Source: an uncultured delta proteobacterium
GTDB taxonomy: Bacteria > Desulfobacterota > Binatia > UBA9968
NCBI GenBank assembly: GCA_963737905.1
Contig: CAVTUQ010000001.1
Span: forward strand, 1 to 64,000
Direction of reading: 5' to 3'
Length of the DNA stretch: 64,000 nt
Shown in pieces: positions 10,909-19,074 of the stretch. A program made the position numbers and the translations under genes. Under the pieces are notes generated by a model, which saw only the letters and a program-made list of their open reading frames with translations, was not told where the DNA came from and made no database searches. How positions within the stretch are numbered: the first letter of the stretch is position 1; every line of letters begins with the position of its first letter.

Positions 10909-11070
10909 TTCCGCAGTTCTCTCAGCAATCGGCCTAAGCTTATTCCGACGGGCAATTCGAGTTCATGCTGTTTTCTACGCAAACGATCATTGACAGCCAT
11001 CTAACATTCCATTAGTTAGTTTGCAAAGAAGCGTAAAGCGACAAATCTTAAAGAAAGAGAGCCATTAGAC

Positions 11071-12465
11071 ATGGAAGCAATTTCAGAGGCGACAAACAGC
11101 CGAACCTTGGGCGAGCTCGAAAACTACTTCTCGAGCTATGACGATCTGCCGCGCGAAATTATTTTGAAGCACGACTTGCTTCGGGTCGGCCACTGGTTCA
11201 CCGACGCGGCCCTCGAATTGGCCTCCCAGTCGCTGGTGAAGTCCTATCGGCTCTTTTCCTACGATTTGATGCCGATGAAAGATATGAAGCGGAAAGAGCA
11301 TCGTAAAATTCCCGAGTGGTTCACGATTCGCCGCGGCATGTACGGGCTCAGGCCTGTCAGCATTCAGACAACCCTCGACTCGAGCTCTCCTTACGTCATC
11401 GACGCGGTGGATGGTCAAGCCAGGCTCTTGCTCGACGGCAAAGAGATTTGCGAAGTCTATTTTCCCAAGCCGCTGAAATACTATACGCGTAAATTCGAAG
11501 ACGGCACCGCTTACCATGAGATCATCGCGTTCGGCTATTTCGTCACCGTGTTTCGCAATTGCCAGTATTGGGGGCCCGACGAGGAGTGCCGCTTCTGCGA
11601 CATCAATATCAATGCGCGGCAGATGAAGGAATCGAAGGACTTCACCTTCAATGCGCCGGTGAAGCCGGTCGAGTACATGGTCGAGGTCGCCCGCTCCATC
11701 GAGGAGGACGCCACGGAAGAAGTCGGCTTCGCTCCGCCCATCGATTTTCTGATTACCGGCGGGACGATTTTAAAGACGCTGCACGGCAAGGATGAGCTGG
11801 CTTTCTATTCGGAATACGCGTCGGCGCTCAAGTGGGGCGGGCGGCGGCGCTTCGTGAATCTCCAAACCAATGGCCAGGACAAAGAAACCATGAAGCGCTA
11901 CCGGGCCGCGGGCGTGGATTGTCATCACTCGAATATGGAGGTGTGGGACAAGCGGCTTTTCGAATGGATCAACCCGGGGAAGAACCGGCGCGTGGGGTGG
12001 GACGGTTGGGTCCGAAGCATGATCGACGAGGTGGATGTTTTCGGCGAAGGCAACGTCCGGCCGAACTTCGTCGGCGGAGTCGAGCTGGCCAAACCTTATG
12101 GTTTTGAGACCGTCGGTGAGGCGGTCAAGTCGACCTCGGACGGCGTGGACTTCATGATGCGCAACGGAATCATCCCGCGTTTCAACCAGTGGCGCCGCGA
12201 GCCCGGCTCTAATCTGGTCTCTCAGCACCCACAGCCGGCGATCCCGTTGGAATATTATCTCCAGTTGATGGGCAACTATTACGACAGTTGGAAGAAGTAC
12301 GGCCTGCCGATGCCGCGGCGCGAATGCGTTCACCCCGAGCGGCGCATCGGTTCCGGCCATGGGACCTACGACGATATCTTACTGCTGAATGAGTTGCCGG
12401 ACTACGAAGCCGCGTGGGACCGGGGATACAACGAGGGACTGAAAGGTTGCGTGACGACGCACTAA
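11071..12465 (+). CDS. Radical SAM protein with atypical CX8CX2C motif
   Basis: CQYWGPDEECRFC, ITGGT and NMEVWD...PGK; 464 aa. Confidence 0.8.
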   Translation: MEAISEATNSRTLGELENYFSSYDDLPREIILKHDLLRVGHWFTDAALELASQSLVKSYRLFSYDLMPMKDMKRKEHRKIPEWFTIRRGMYGLRPVSIQTTLDSSSPYVIDAVDGQARLLLDGKEICEVYFPKPLKYYTRKFEDGTAYHEIIAFGYFVTVFRNCQYWGPDEECRFCDININARQMKESKDFTFNAPVKPVEYMVEVARSIEEDATEEVGFAPPIDFLITGGTILKTLHGKDELAFYSEYASALKWGGRRRFVNLQTNGQDKETMKRYRAAGVDCHHSNMEVWDKRLFEWINPGKNRRVGWDGWVRSMIDEVDVFGEGNVRPNFVGGVELAKPYGFETVGEAVKSTSDGVDFMMRNGIIPRFNQWRREPGSNLVSQHPQPAIPLEYYLQLMGNYYDSWKKYGLPMPRRECVHPERRIGSGHGTYDDILLLNELPDYEAAWDRGYNEGLKGCVTTH

Positions 12466-12472
12466 CCAACTT

Positions 12473-12598
12473 GTTCAAACCGTTCAAGTCGTTCAAATAG
12501 TTCAAGCCGTGGCCCTCACCCCAACCCGCAAACGGGCGAGGAACTCGGAACCGGAGTTTAACGTTTTGAACGGCTTGAACGATTTGAACGCCTTGAAC
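12473..12598. repeat. Inverted pair of 9-nt tandem arrays enclosing a CCCTCACCC-type element
   Basis: (GTTCAAnnn)x4 at 12473-12510 and (nnnTTGAAC)x4 at about 12563-12598. Confidence 0.7.
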
Positions 12599-12613
12599 AC
12601 TTACGAGGTTTTG

Positions 12614-14026
12614 ATGATCGGCAGCGGGACGCTAACCAAACAGATCGCCAGCTATCTGGCGCGCACGGATTACGAGGCGCTCAACGACGACGCGCTGCGC
12701 GCGACGAAGGATCATATCCTTTATACACTCGGCACCATTCTCGCCGGCTCCAGCGCGCCGGGAATCGAGCAGGCGTTGGCGGGTGCTCGGGCGTTGAGCG
12801 GTTCCAGTCAGGAGAGTACGGTGCTCGTCCGCGGAGACAAGCTTCCTGCGGCCTTCGCCGCTTTGGTCAACGCGACCATGGGCCACAGCCGCGAGCTCGA
12901 TATCAATGACGACCGCATCGCCTATAAATCGAGCATCACGGTCGTACCGGCGGCTCTGGCTACAGCGGAAAGAGTGGGCCATGTGTCCGGCAAAGACTTG
13001 ATCGCCGCGGTTTGTCTCGGCGCCGATTTGGGCATCCGCCTTGGGCTCGCAACCAATCCCAAGCCGGTTCACGCGCGCGCTATCGCGCTCGGGCCATTCG
13101 CCGCCGCCGCCGCTTGCGGGAAAATTCTCGGCCTGGACGAAACCGGCCTGCATAATGCGCTCGGCATCGCCTTTTGCCGCTCGACAGTCGCGGGGAACAG
13201 TACGGCAGCGCCATCGTTGACCAAGAGATTGGGTGTCGGTTTCGCGGCGCAAAGCGGCGTGATGGCCGCGCTGCTTGCGGCAGCGGACTTTCCCGCCACC
13301 GGCGAAGTCTTTCAAGGCGCGGCGGGTTTTTTTCAAACCTTCTACCAGCAGGAGGGCGACTACGACACGCTCTTGGATCAACTCGGCAGCCGGTTTGAGA
13401 TCGTCGTGGTCGGGCCGAAACCCTTTCCGTCGTGTCGTTACACCCATTGCGCGGTGACCGGCTGTCTGGATCTTTTGCGCAAGCACTCGATCAAAGCGAG
13501 CGACATTGACGAAGTGAGGGTTCAGATCGGCGAGCGCGATATGCGCTCGGTGGGCGGCTGGACCGAGGATGAGAAGAAAAAGAAGCACCGCCCCGAAGGC
13601 GTGGTGGATGCGCAGTTCAGCATTCCTTACACCGTTGCGGCCACGCTTTTGAGCGGCGGGCTTTCGCTGGAAGATTTTACCGACGCGAAGCTGAGGAGCA
13701 ATGAGTTACTCGCGTTAGCCGCCCGGGTGAAACCGATTCTCAATCCCGAGCTCGACCAAGGCCCCATGGACGTCAAGCCGCAGGTGGTAGAGATTGTGAC
13801 CCGTGACGGCAAGGTCTTCTCCCAGCGGGTCGTCTATCCCAAGGGGAATCCAAATAATCCCGTAACGTCCGATGAACTGGTAGCGGCCTTTCGCGGCATG
13901 GCGAGCTATGCGGCCAAACCGCTCAGCGCCGGCCAGATCGACGATGCGGTGGCGCTCGCCCTCAGGCTCGAAGAGGTTCCCGACGTGTCGGTGCTAACCC
14001 GCTTGCTAACGGCATCCCCTCGCTAG
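12614..14026 (+). CDS. MmgE/PrpD family protein
   Basis: NATMGHSRELD, KPFPSCRYTH, AQFSIPY and PKGNPNNP; start at ATG 12614 after GAGG. Confidence 0.9.
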   Translation: MIGSGTLTKQIASYLARTDYEALNDDALRATKDHILYTLGTILAGSSAPGIEQALAGARALSGSSQESTVLVRGDKLPAAFAALVNATMGHSRELDINDDRIAYKSSITVVPAALATAERVGHVSGKDLIAAVCLGADLGIRLGLATNPKPVHARAIALGPFAAAAACGKILGLDETGLHNALGIAFCRSTVAGNSTAAPSLTKRLGVGFAAQSGVMAALLAAADFPATGEVFQGAAGFFQTFYQQEGDYDTLLDQLGSRFEIVVVGPKPFPSCRYTHCAVTGCLDLLRKHSIKASDIDEVRVQIGERDMRSVGGWTEDEKKKKHRPEGVVDAQFSIPYTVAATLLSGGLSLEDFTDAKLRSNELLALAARVKPILNPELDQGPMDVKPQVVEIVTRDGKVFSQRVVYPKGNPNNPVTSDELVAAFRGMASYAAKPLSAGQIDDAVALALRLEEVPDVSVLTRLLTASPR

Positions 14027-14094
14027 GTCTCCCCAAGCATGGGGACAAGAATTAATACTGTTGATCACCAAAAGAAAAAAGCTCATATGACAAG

Positions 14095-14151
14095 ACGCGC
14101 TTTCTCGAAGAGCTCGATCGTTCCGGCTATATCGATGGACTTTACCGTTAA
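14095..14151 (+). pseudogene. C-terminal remnant of an ABC substrate-binding protein gene
   Basis: Reads TRFLEELDRSGYIDGLYR*, similar to the C-termini of intact SBPs in this window (ELEKEGFIDRVYKQ). Confidence 0.55.
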
Positions 14152-14180
14152 AGCAGTCAGAAAGCTTTTTTCTTGGCGAA

Positions 14181-14350
14181 TGTCTTCCCAAACAACGACG
14201 GCAGTGAATTGGTTTTTACGCTCTACCGGGCCGGCCTGACATGTCAGATCAAGAGTTTGCGGAAGATGCCAAGTCAGTAGAGAAGGACTTAGCGAAGTTA
14301 AAGACCTTACTTGAAGAATAAGTTTCCGAGCATACGCAATGAGAGGTTCA
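14181..14350 (+). repeat. Degenerate copy 1 of the SRPBCC gene 3' end plus downstream flank
   Basis: Aligns with 16862-17012 (TGTCTTCCCAAACAACGACGGCAGTGAA...GAGAAGGACTTAG...TAA). Confidence 0.9.
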
Positions 14351-15661
14351 TTCAGGAAAGGGTGGAAAGAATCTTAGAACGGCTTTTTTATTTTCCGGAT
14401 ACCAGATATTGCCGAGATGGCCGCCGTATGGATAAAGCGTCACTTGGTCGCCCAACGCCTCTTTGAGCGCTTCGATGGATTTTCTCTCGGCGAAGAGATC
14501 ATCGAGATTGTCCATAATGTGCACTTTGGGATTGCTACGCAGCCGATCCACGATGGGTGCGAGAGAGCTTCGTTGGAGAAGGCTTTCCGGGTCCGCCTGG
14601 GAATCTCCTAACTGCTTTTGCCATAAGGGCACAGCGATCTTCCAGTAATAATCGACAAGCGTGAAACTTTTGGCTTCCTGCAGACGTTTCCTCATGTCGT
14701 CTTTTGGCGCCGGCAGAACATTTTGATCTTGAATGACTTGGGTTACATAGATGAGCTCGTAAAGCTGGCTTTGCAAACTCTCGGCGAGGAGGTATTGGAG
14801 CTCTTCGGTCGTAAAGCCGGCGAGCTTCTTTGCCATTCGGTCGATGACCGCGGGATCGTCCGGCGTTTCATCGGAAAAAGAATCGACGATGGCAAGCGCT
14901 TTGGAAACAAGGCCGCGAGATTTCTCCGGTCCGAATTTTTGTGCCAACCTGCTCCATTCATCGATCTTTTTGAGGGCGTAATGGAGATCGAGAGGCGGGT
15001 TGATGAGAAGATAATTGGCGATGCCGATCTTTCCCTCGTCGGCGTCGATCACGCTTAGATAGGCGCCTTCAAGGGCGCCCAAACTGACTCCCAAGAAACG
15101 GATCGCCGTAGGCTTGACGTCATAACGATCTCTCAAGGTCGTCAGGGTTTTTTGCATGACGTCATATAAATCTCGCGCGTCTGCTGGAGCGTAACCCGGC
15201 GCGCCGCTACGGCTGGCCGACAACGCAAAATTCCAGTTCAGCGGAGACGGCAAGATGACCACATGGGAGCCCGCTCGATAGAACAAGCTCGCTAAATACG
15301 GGCCGACCCCGAAGTAGGGGTTGGATCCCACGCCGGCGAGAATGAAGAGCAACGGCGCCGCCGCCTGGTTCTGGCGATAGAAGGCAAGACTTAGGTCGCC
15401 ACGTCCTTCGAGGTTAGGCAGTTTATTTCTGCCGGGAAGCCCCGGCAGACGCAAGACATTTGACTCGACGCGCGCGGTGGCTTCATCGTTGCCCAAAATA
15501 GCGCTCGTTGCGGTCGCCAGGTAGGGGTCGCGATAGGGATAGTTATAATCCGCTGCCTCGATGGAGCGCGTCAAAAGACCCAACGCGACCAGCACCGCCA
15601 GAGCGAAATGAAAGCGCAGGTAAAGGACTCCTGTCGACGGCCTCGGTTTAAGTTCTTGCAT
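14348..15661 (-). CDS. Secreted alpha/beta-hydrolase fold protein
   Basis: Signal-like N-terminus, nucleophile elbow GVSLGA and C-terminal YPYGGHLGN; start uncertain. Confidence 0.75.
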   Translation of the reverse strand: MQELKPRPSTGVLYLRFHFALAVLVALGLLTRSIEAADYNYPYRDPYLATATSAILGNDEATARVESNVLRLPGLPGRNKLPNLEGRGDLSLAFYRQNQAAAPLLFILAGVGSNPYFGVGPYLASLFYRAGSHVVILPSPLNWNFALSASRSGAPGYAPADARDLYDVMQKTLTTLRDRYDVKPTAIRFLGVSLGALEGAYLSVIDADEGKIGIANYLLINPPLDLHYALKKIDEWSRLAQKFGPEKSRGLVSKALAIVDSFSDETPDDPAVIDRMAKKLAGFTTEELQYLLAESLQSQLYELIYVTQVIQDQNVLPAPKDDMRKRLQEAKSFTLVDYYWKIAVPLWQKQLGDSQADPESLLQRSSLAPIVDRLRSNPKVHIMDNLDDLFAERKSIEALKEALGDQVTLYPYGGHLGNIWYPENKKAVLRFFPPFPE

Positions 15662-15891
15662 ATGATCCGATGCTCCACCGGGAAAGCGTTGCGGCGCCTT
15701 CGCGATCAGTAACGACCGCCGACGCAATCTGATTGTTTACTGAAATCTGCGCGGGGCGACTTGCCTAATAACACGGGCTGCTACGCCCGAGATCGGACGG
15801 TGGCAGTTGCCGGTAGTTTTTACATCTCAATGTTAGAACTTTTTCGCCGCTGGTGCTAGGCCCATCGGCAAAGTGACAAGGCGGCACGCGA

Positions 15892-16059
15892 AGATCACGA
15901 TGTCACTCTTGCCGTCCGGGTCAAGGTCTTAATCCGATGCGCGTCTTCCCAAATAACGACGGCAGTGAATTGGTTTTTACGTCGGCCGGACGTGTCAGAT
16001 CAAGAGTTTGCGGTAGATGCCAAGGCGGTAGAGAAGGACTTAGCGAAGTTAGAGTTACT
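15892..16059 (+). repeat. Degenerate copy 2 of the SRPBCC gene 3' end
   Basis: AGATCACGATGTCACTCT...GTCTTCCCAAATAACGACGGCAGTGAA...GAGAAGGACTTAGCGAAGTTA with small deletions. Confidence 0.9.
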
Positions 16060-16215
16060 CCAGGAAAAGGGAATCATTGTGTCATCAGGCTAGTTACCCC
16101 GCATTCTTGTTCTTGGACGAGCTATGGATTGTTCCGCCAGTTTTGACGAAAGGAGGTTCGACTAGCGTCGAATAAACGATTCATACAACCGGCGTAACTG
16201 CAGCCCGATCTATTT

Positions 16216-16314
16216 CTACCAGCGTGTGTCCAGCGTGTGTTTTGCGTCGTGGCCGTGTCGCGCTAGCACCGCGCAAAGGCTTGGCGGCAAATGCGCGTCC
16301 ACGAGAAACTTCAT
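16216..16314 (-). pseudogene. Truncated DUF5615 (PIN-like) toxin
   Basis: MKFLVDAHLPPSLCAVLARHGHDAKHTLD then stop; ATGA overlap with DUF433; 11-bp tandem duplication CCAGCGTGTGT at the break. Confidence 0.8.
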
Positions 16315-16550
16315 GTAAGCGGCAAGTGGATGGTTTTAGCTGCTAGCATCCGTCGCGCAAACTCATGACAAGCGAGAATATCTTCGCGCTCCAGGTCCGG
16401 AAACTCCTTCAGCAGATCCTCGATCGTGTCACCGCCGGCAAGATATTCGAGAATAGTCTCTACCGGATAGCGCAGCCCTCGTATGCAAGGCTTGCCGTGA
16501 CATATTTCCGGATCCACAGTGATTCGGGAAAGCAAGCTTTCGTTGGACAT
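16311..16550 (-). CDS. DUF433 family antitoxin
   Basis: RITVDPEICHGKPCIRGLRYPV...LEREDILAC signature. Confidence 0.92.
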   Translation of the reverse strand: MSNESLLSRITVDPEICHGKPCIRGLRYPVETILEYLAGGDTIEDLLKEFPDLEREDILACHEFARRMLAAKTIHLPLT

Positions 16551-16655
16551 AAAGAGAATTCTACACGGCCGGCCGTGAGTTGCAAGTCGGCTAAAGCGGG
16601 GCTAGTCGAACTCAGTGCAATCCGAGACAAGACTCCCAGTACGTTTTTCCAGCTT

Positions 16656-17000
16656 CAGGTTTATGAGTTTGCGTCAAATCCTGAGAACCTGCCCAAATGG
16701 GCCGCAGGACTCAGTGGCTCGATAAAAAAGGTTAACGAGGAGTGGATAGCCAAATCCCCGATGGGAAGAGTGAAAGTTAAATTCGCCGAAAAAAATCAGT
16801 TCGGGGTTTTAGATCACGATGTCACTCTACCATCCGGGGTCAAAGTCTATAACCCTATGCGTGTCTTCCCAAACAACGACGGCAGTGAAGTGGTTTTTAC
16901 ACTCTACCGCCGGCCGGACGCGTCAGATCAAGAGTTTGCGGAAGATGTCAAGGCGGTAGAGAAGGACTTAGTGAAGTTAAAGACGTTACTTGAAAAATAA
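16656..17000 (+). pseudogene. SRPBCC/polyketide cyclase family gene, 5'-truncated (longest copy, copy 3)
   Basis: VYEFASNPENLPKWAAGL...GVLDHDVTLPSG..NPMRV..GSEVVFTL; no plausible start or N-terminal strand upstream. Confidence 0.75.
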
Positions 17001-17115
17001 ATTGCCGAGTATCAATGGTAGTGTATCGAATCGGCGAGAAGAGGTCCTAGGCGGGCCCCCCCTGCTCTTTCCCGCGTGCCTTTTATTTCACAGGTGGCTG
17101 ATATATTATCTCCGC

Positions 17116-17295
17116 ATGGCAAAGCGCGCGCAGGGTCAACGTGCTACTAAAATCTATCCGTTAATAAGCCCTAAAGAGCGATTGGCGGTTTGGGAGAAAG
17201 CTCGTGGCGCATGGAAGCGGCATAGTTCCGATCCCATTCGGGAACTCAGAAAAATGCGCGGTGAATGGTCAAGGAAGTCTCCTTCCGGCGATTAG
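17116..17295 (+). CDS. Putative antitoxin (59 aa)
   Basis: ARGAWK...ELRKMRGEW pattern typical of VapB-like partners; lies directly upstream of a PIN fragment. Confidence 0.6.
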   Translation: MAKRAQGQRATKIYPLISPKERLAVWEKARGAWKRHSSDPIRELRKMRGEWSRKSPSGD

Positions 17296-17300
17296 TTCTC

Positions 17301-17420
17301 TTGGCCTACACGCTCGACACGAACGCAATCCTCTACTACCTCAAAGATGATGCAAAAGCCATTTCGTTGTTGCGGGAGATTATTGTACACGATGCACCCA
17401 TATCCATTTCCGCAATAACA
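17301..17420 (+). pseudogene. Truncated PIN-domain (VapC) toxin
   Basis: YTLDTNAILYYL...ISISAIT; similarity ends where the 17421 repeat begins. Confidence 0.75.
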
Positions 17421-17512
17421 GATCGACAAAGTCAGACTTGCGTAACTTTACTGCCGAGGCACGCTCTCGCGATCTGAATCAAAAGTTAGGCAAGTTGGGC
17501 AAGTCTGACACG
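17421..17512 (+). repeat. Non-coding direct repeat B, copy 1
   Basis: GATCGAC...CTTTACTGCCRAGGCACGCTCT..CGCGATCTGAATCAAA..GTTGGGCAAGTCTGACACG matches 18664-18746. Confidence 0.9.
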
Positions 17513-17792
17513 AATGCCGATGGACCAAAAGCCAGTTTCGTTGTTGTGGGAGATTTTTCTAGTGCCCAGCGCAGTGAGCCGCTTATCCGATATGCAAGAT
17601 TCAAGACCCGACCATGAGATTCACTTTCGTAAAATCCAGATTCACGTCCGCTGTCTGGGTGCACCAGCGTGCCGGATTCCCTCCCTCAGGAAATGTTTTC
17701 CGTCTGTTCGAGCCTGACACACTCGATCGGTTCATTATTGTAAGTTGTAGCCTGGCTGAGCCAGTGTTATCCTGGGACGTGGAGGACCTGTT

Positions 17793-17990
17793 ATGGCGGC
17801 CGATAAGCGAACCACGGTTCGACTGAGCGAAAAGCTTCTTCGCAGAGCGCGTAAAACTCTGAAAGCGTCTACAAACGAAGACGCGGTGACCAAGGCGCTG
17901 CACGAAAGTTTTATCAATCGAGAGATTCACGCCAACTTAAAGGATTTGATCCGCAAAGGCCGCGGCCGGTTCGTTGACGTCTACGACTGA
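17793..17990 (+). CDS. vapB: VapB-like RHH antitoxin
   Basis: KRTTVRLSEKLLRRA...AVTKAL; GGAGG RBS; upstream of a PIN gene. Confidence 0.75.
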   Translation: MAADKRTTVRLSEKLLRRARKTLKASTNEDAVTKALHESFINREIHANLKDLIRKGRGRFVDVYD

Positions 17991-17995
17991 CCATC

Positions 17996-18427
17996 GTGCC
18001 GATTCTGTTAGACACCAATGTCTATCTCTTTGCCATGCGATCGGAAGATGGCGCAGCTTTCTTCGAAACCAGATTCCTACCTTTAGTGTTTCAAACCTTT
18101 CTTGCTGGCGTTGTGGTAGAGGAACTTTACGCCGGCGCATTGGATAGGCAGGGTGTCCGTCTGGTCGAAAGATACGTCGGATCACTCGAACGCGCTAATC
18201 GCGTAATCGCTCCAAATTTTCAGGACTGGAAAGAAGCCGGCAAAATTGTCGCGCGCGTCACGCGGAGAGAGCCCGGTCTTAAGTCGAAGCTGCAACAGAT
18301 TTTAAACGATATCCTATTGGCACTTTGTGCCCGCCGCATCGGCGCGGACCTGTATACTTTCAATCGCGACGATTTCGATCTGATCCGCCGCCATAGGCCA
18401 TTTTCTCTCAAGGTATTAAAACGGTAA
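17996..18427 (+). CDS. vapC: PIN domain toxin
   Basis: ILLDTNV, VVEELY, LNDILLA and YTFNRDDF acidic tetrad. Confidence 0.88.
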   Translation: MPILLDTNVYLFAMRSEDGAAFFETRFLPLVFQTFLAGVVVEELYAGALDRQGVRLVERYVGSLERANRVIAPNFQDWKEAGKIVARVTRREPGLKSKLQQILNDILLALCARRIGADLYTFNRDDFDLIRRHRPFSLKVLKR

Positions 18428-18463
18428 GCTGCGATCGATCAGCTGCGCATCGCGCGGAGTCAT

Positions 18464-18613
18464 CGACAGTGAATTGGTTTTCACGCTCTACCGCCGGCCG
18501 GACGTGTCAGATCAAGAGTTTGCGAAAGATGCCAAGTCGGTAGAGAAGGACGTAGGGAAGTTAAAGACGTTGCTTGAAAAATAACTTTCCGAGCACGCGC
18601 AATGAGATGTTCA
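18464..18613 (+). repeat. Degenerate copy 4 of the SRPBCC gene 3' end plus downstream flank
   Basis: CAGTGAATTGGTTTTCACGCTCTACCGCCGGCCGGAC...TGAAAAATAA..TTCCGAGCAYRCGCAATGAGA. Confidence 0.9.
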
Positions 18614-18663
18614 AGAAACTGCTGCCGAACTAAGAAATCAAAAGCTGCCTGGCATCTCAACCT

Positions 18664-18746
18664 GATCGACTAAGCCAGAGCAGCGTAGCTTTACTGCCAA
18701 GGCACGCTCTTCGCGATCTGAATCAAAGTTGGGCAAGTCTGACACG
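18664..18746 (+). repeat. Non-coding direct repeat B, copy 2
   Basis: Matches 17421-17512; terminal motif GGCAAGTCWGACAC recurs at 18828-18841. Confidence 0.9.
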
Positions 18747-18973
18747 CTTGAAGTGCGCATTGCTAAGGTCCGTCCGGGCGCATGCTTACGCGAAGCGGCG
18801 GGTTATGTTCTGAAGTTACGCAACTTAGGCAAGTCAGACACCGAGGGACACGACACTGACATCCAAATCGCGCGGGTCGCCCTGCTAGCACTCGACTTTG
18901 TTTGCCTAAGCGACTCTACTTACGCCGTCTAGCTTCGCGCAGTCGGTCAGCCTATTCTTCGTAAACCTCTCGC

Positions 18974-18996
18974 AGATGATTGAGGGTCAGATCTTT
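18974..18996 (+). repeat. 23-bp direct repeat, left of the JmjC module
   Basis: AGATGATTGAGGGTCAGATCTTT, 22/23 identical to 20921-20943. Confidence 0.8.
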
Positions 18997-19074
18997 TAAA
19001 GACGCGACCCCAATCAGACCCCAATCACGACCTCCGCGGGACACTGAAGACGCGGAGAGGAACGCTTAGAAGGG

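Noticed and set aside
12509-12613. N-terminal extension of MmgE/PrpD (LNGLNDLNALN)
   Set aside because: It is a translation of the 9-nt intergenic repeat; ATG 12614 has an RBS.
16365-16655. 211-aa ORF as a full-length SRPBCC protein
   Set aside because: The first 97 codons overlap the DUF433 gene on the opposite strand and show no family pattern; similarity starts at 16656.
14181-18613. CRISPR array or diversity-generating retroelement template/variable repeats
   Set aside because: The repeats are 150-350 bp, irregularly spaced and carry indels. Differences are not confined to adenines, and no cas or reverse transcriptase gene is present.
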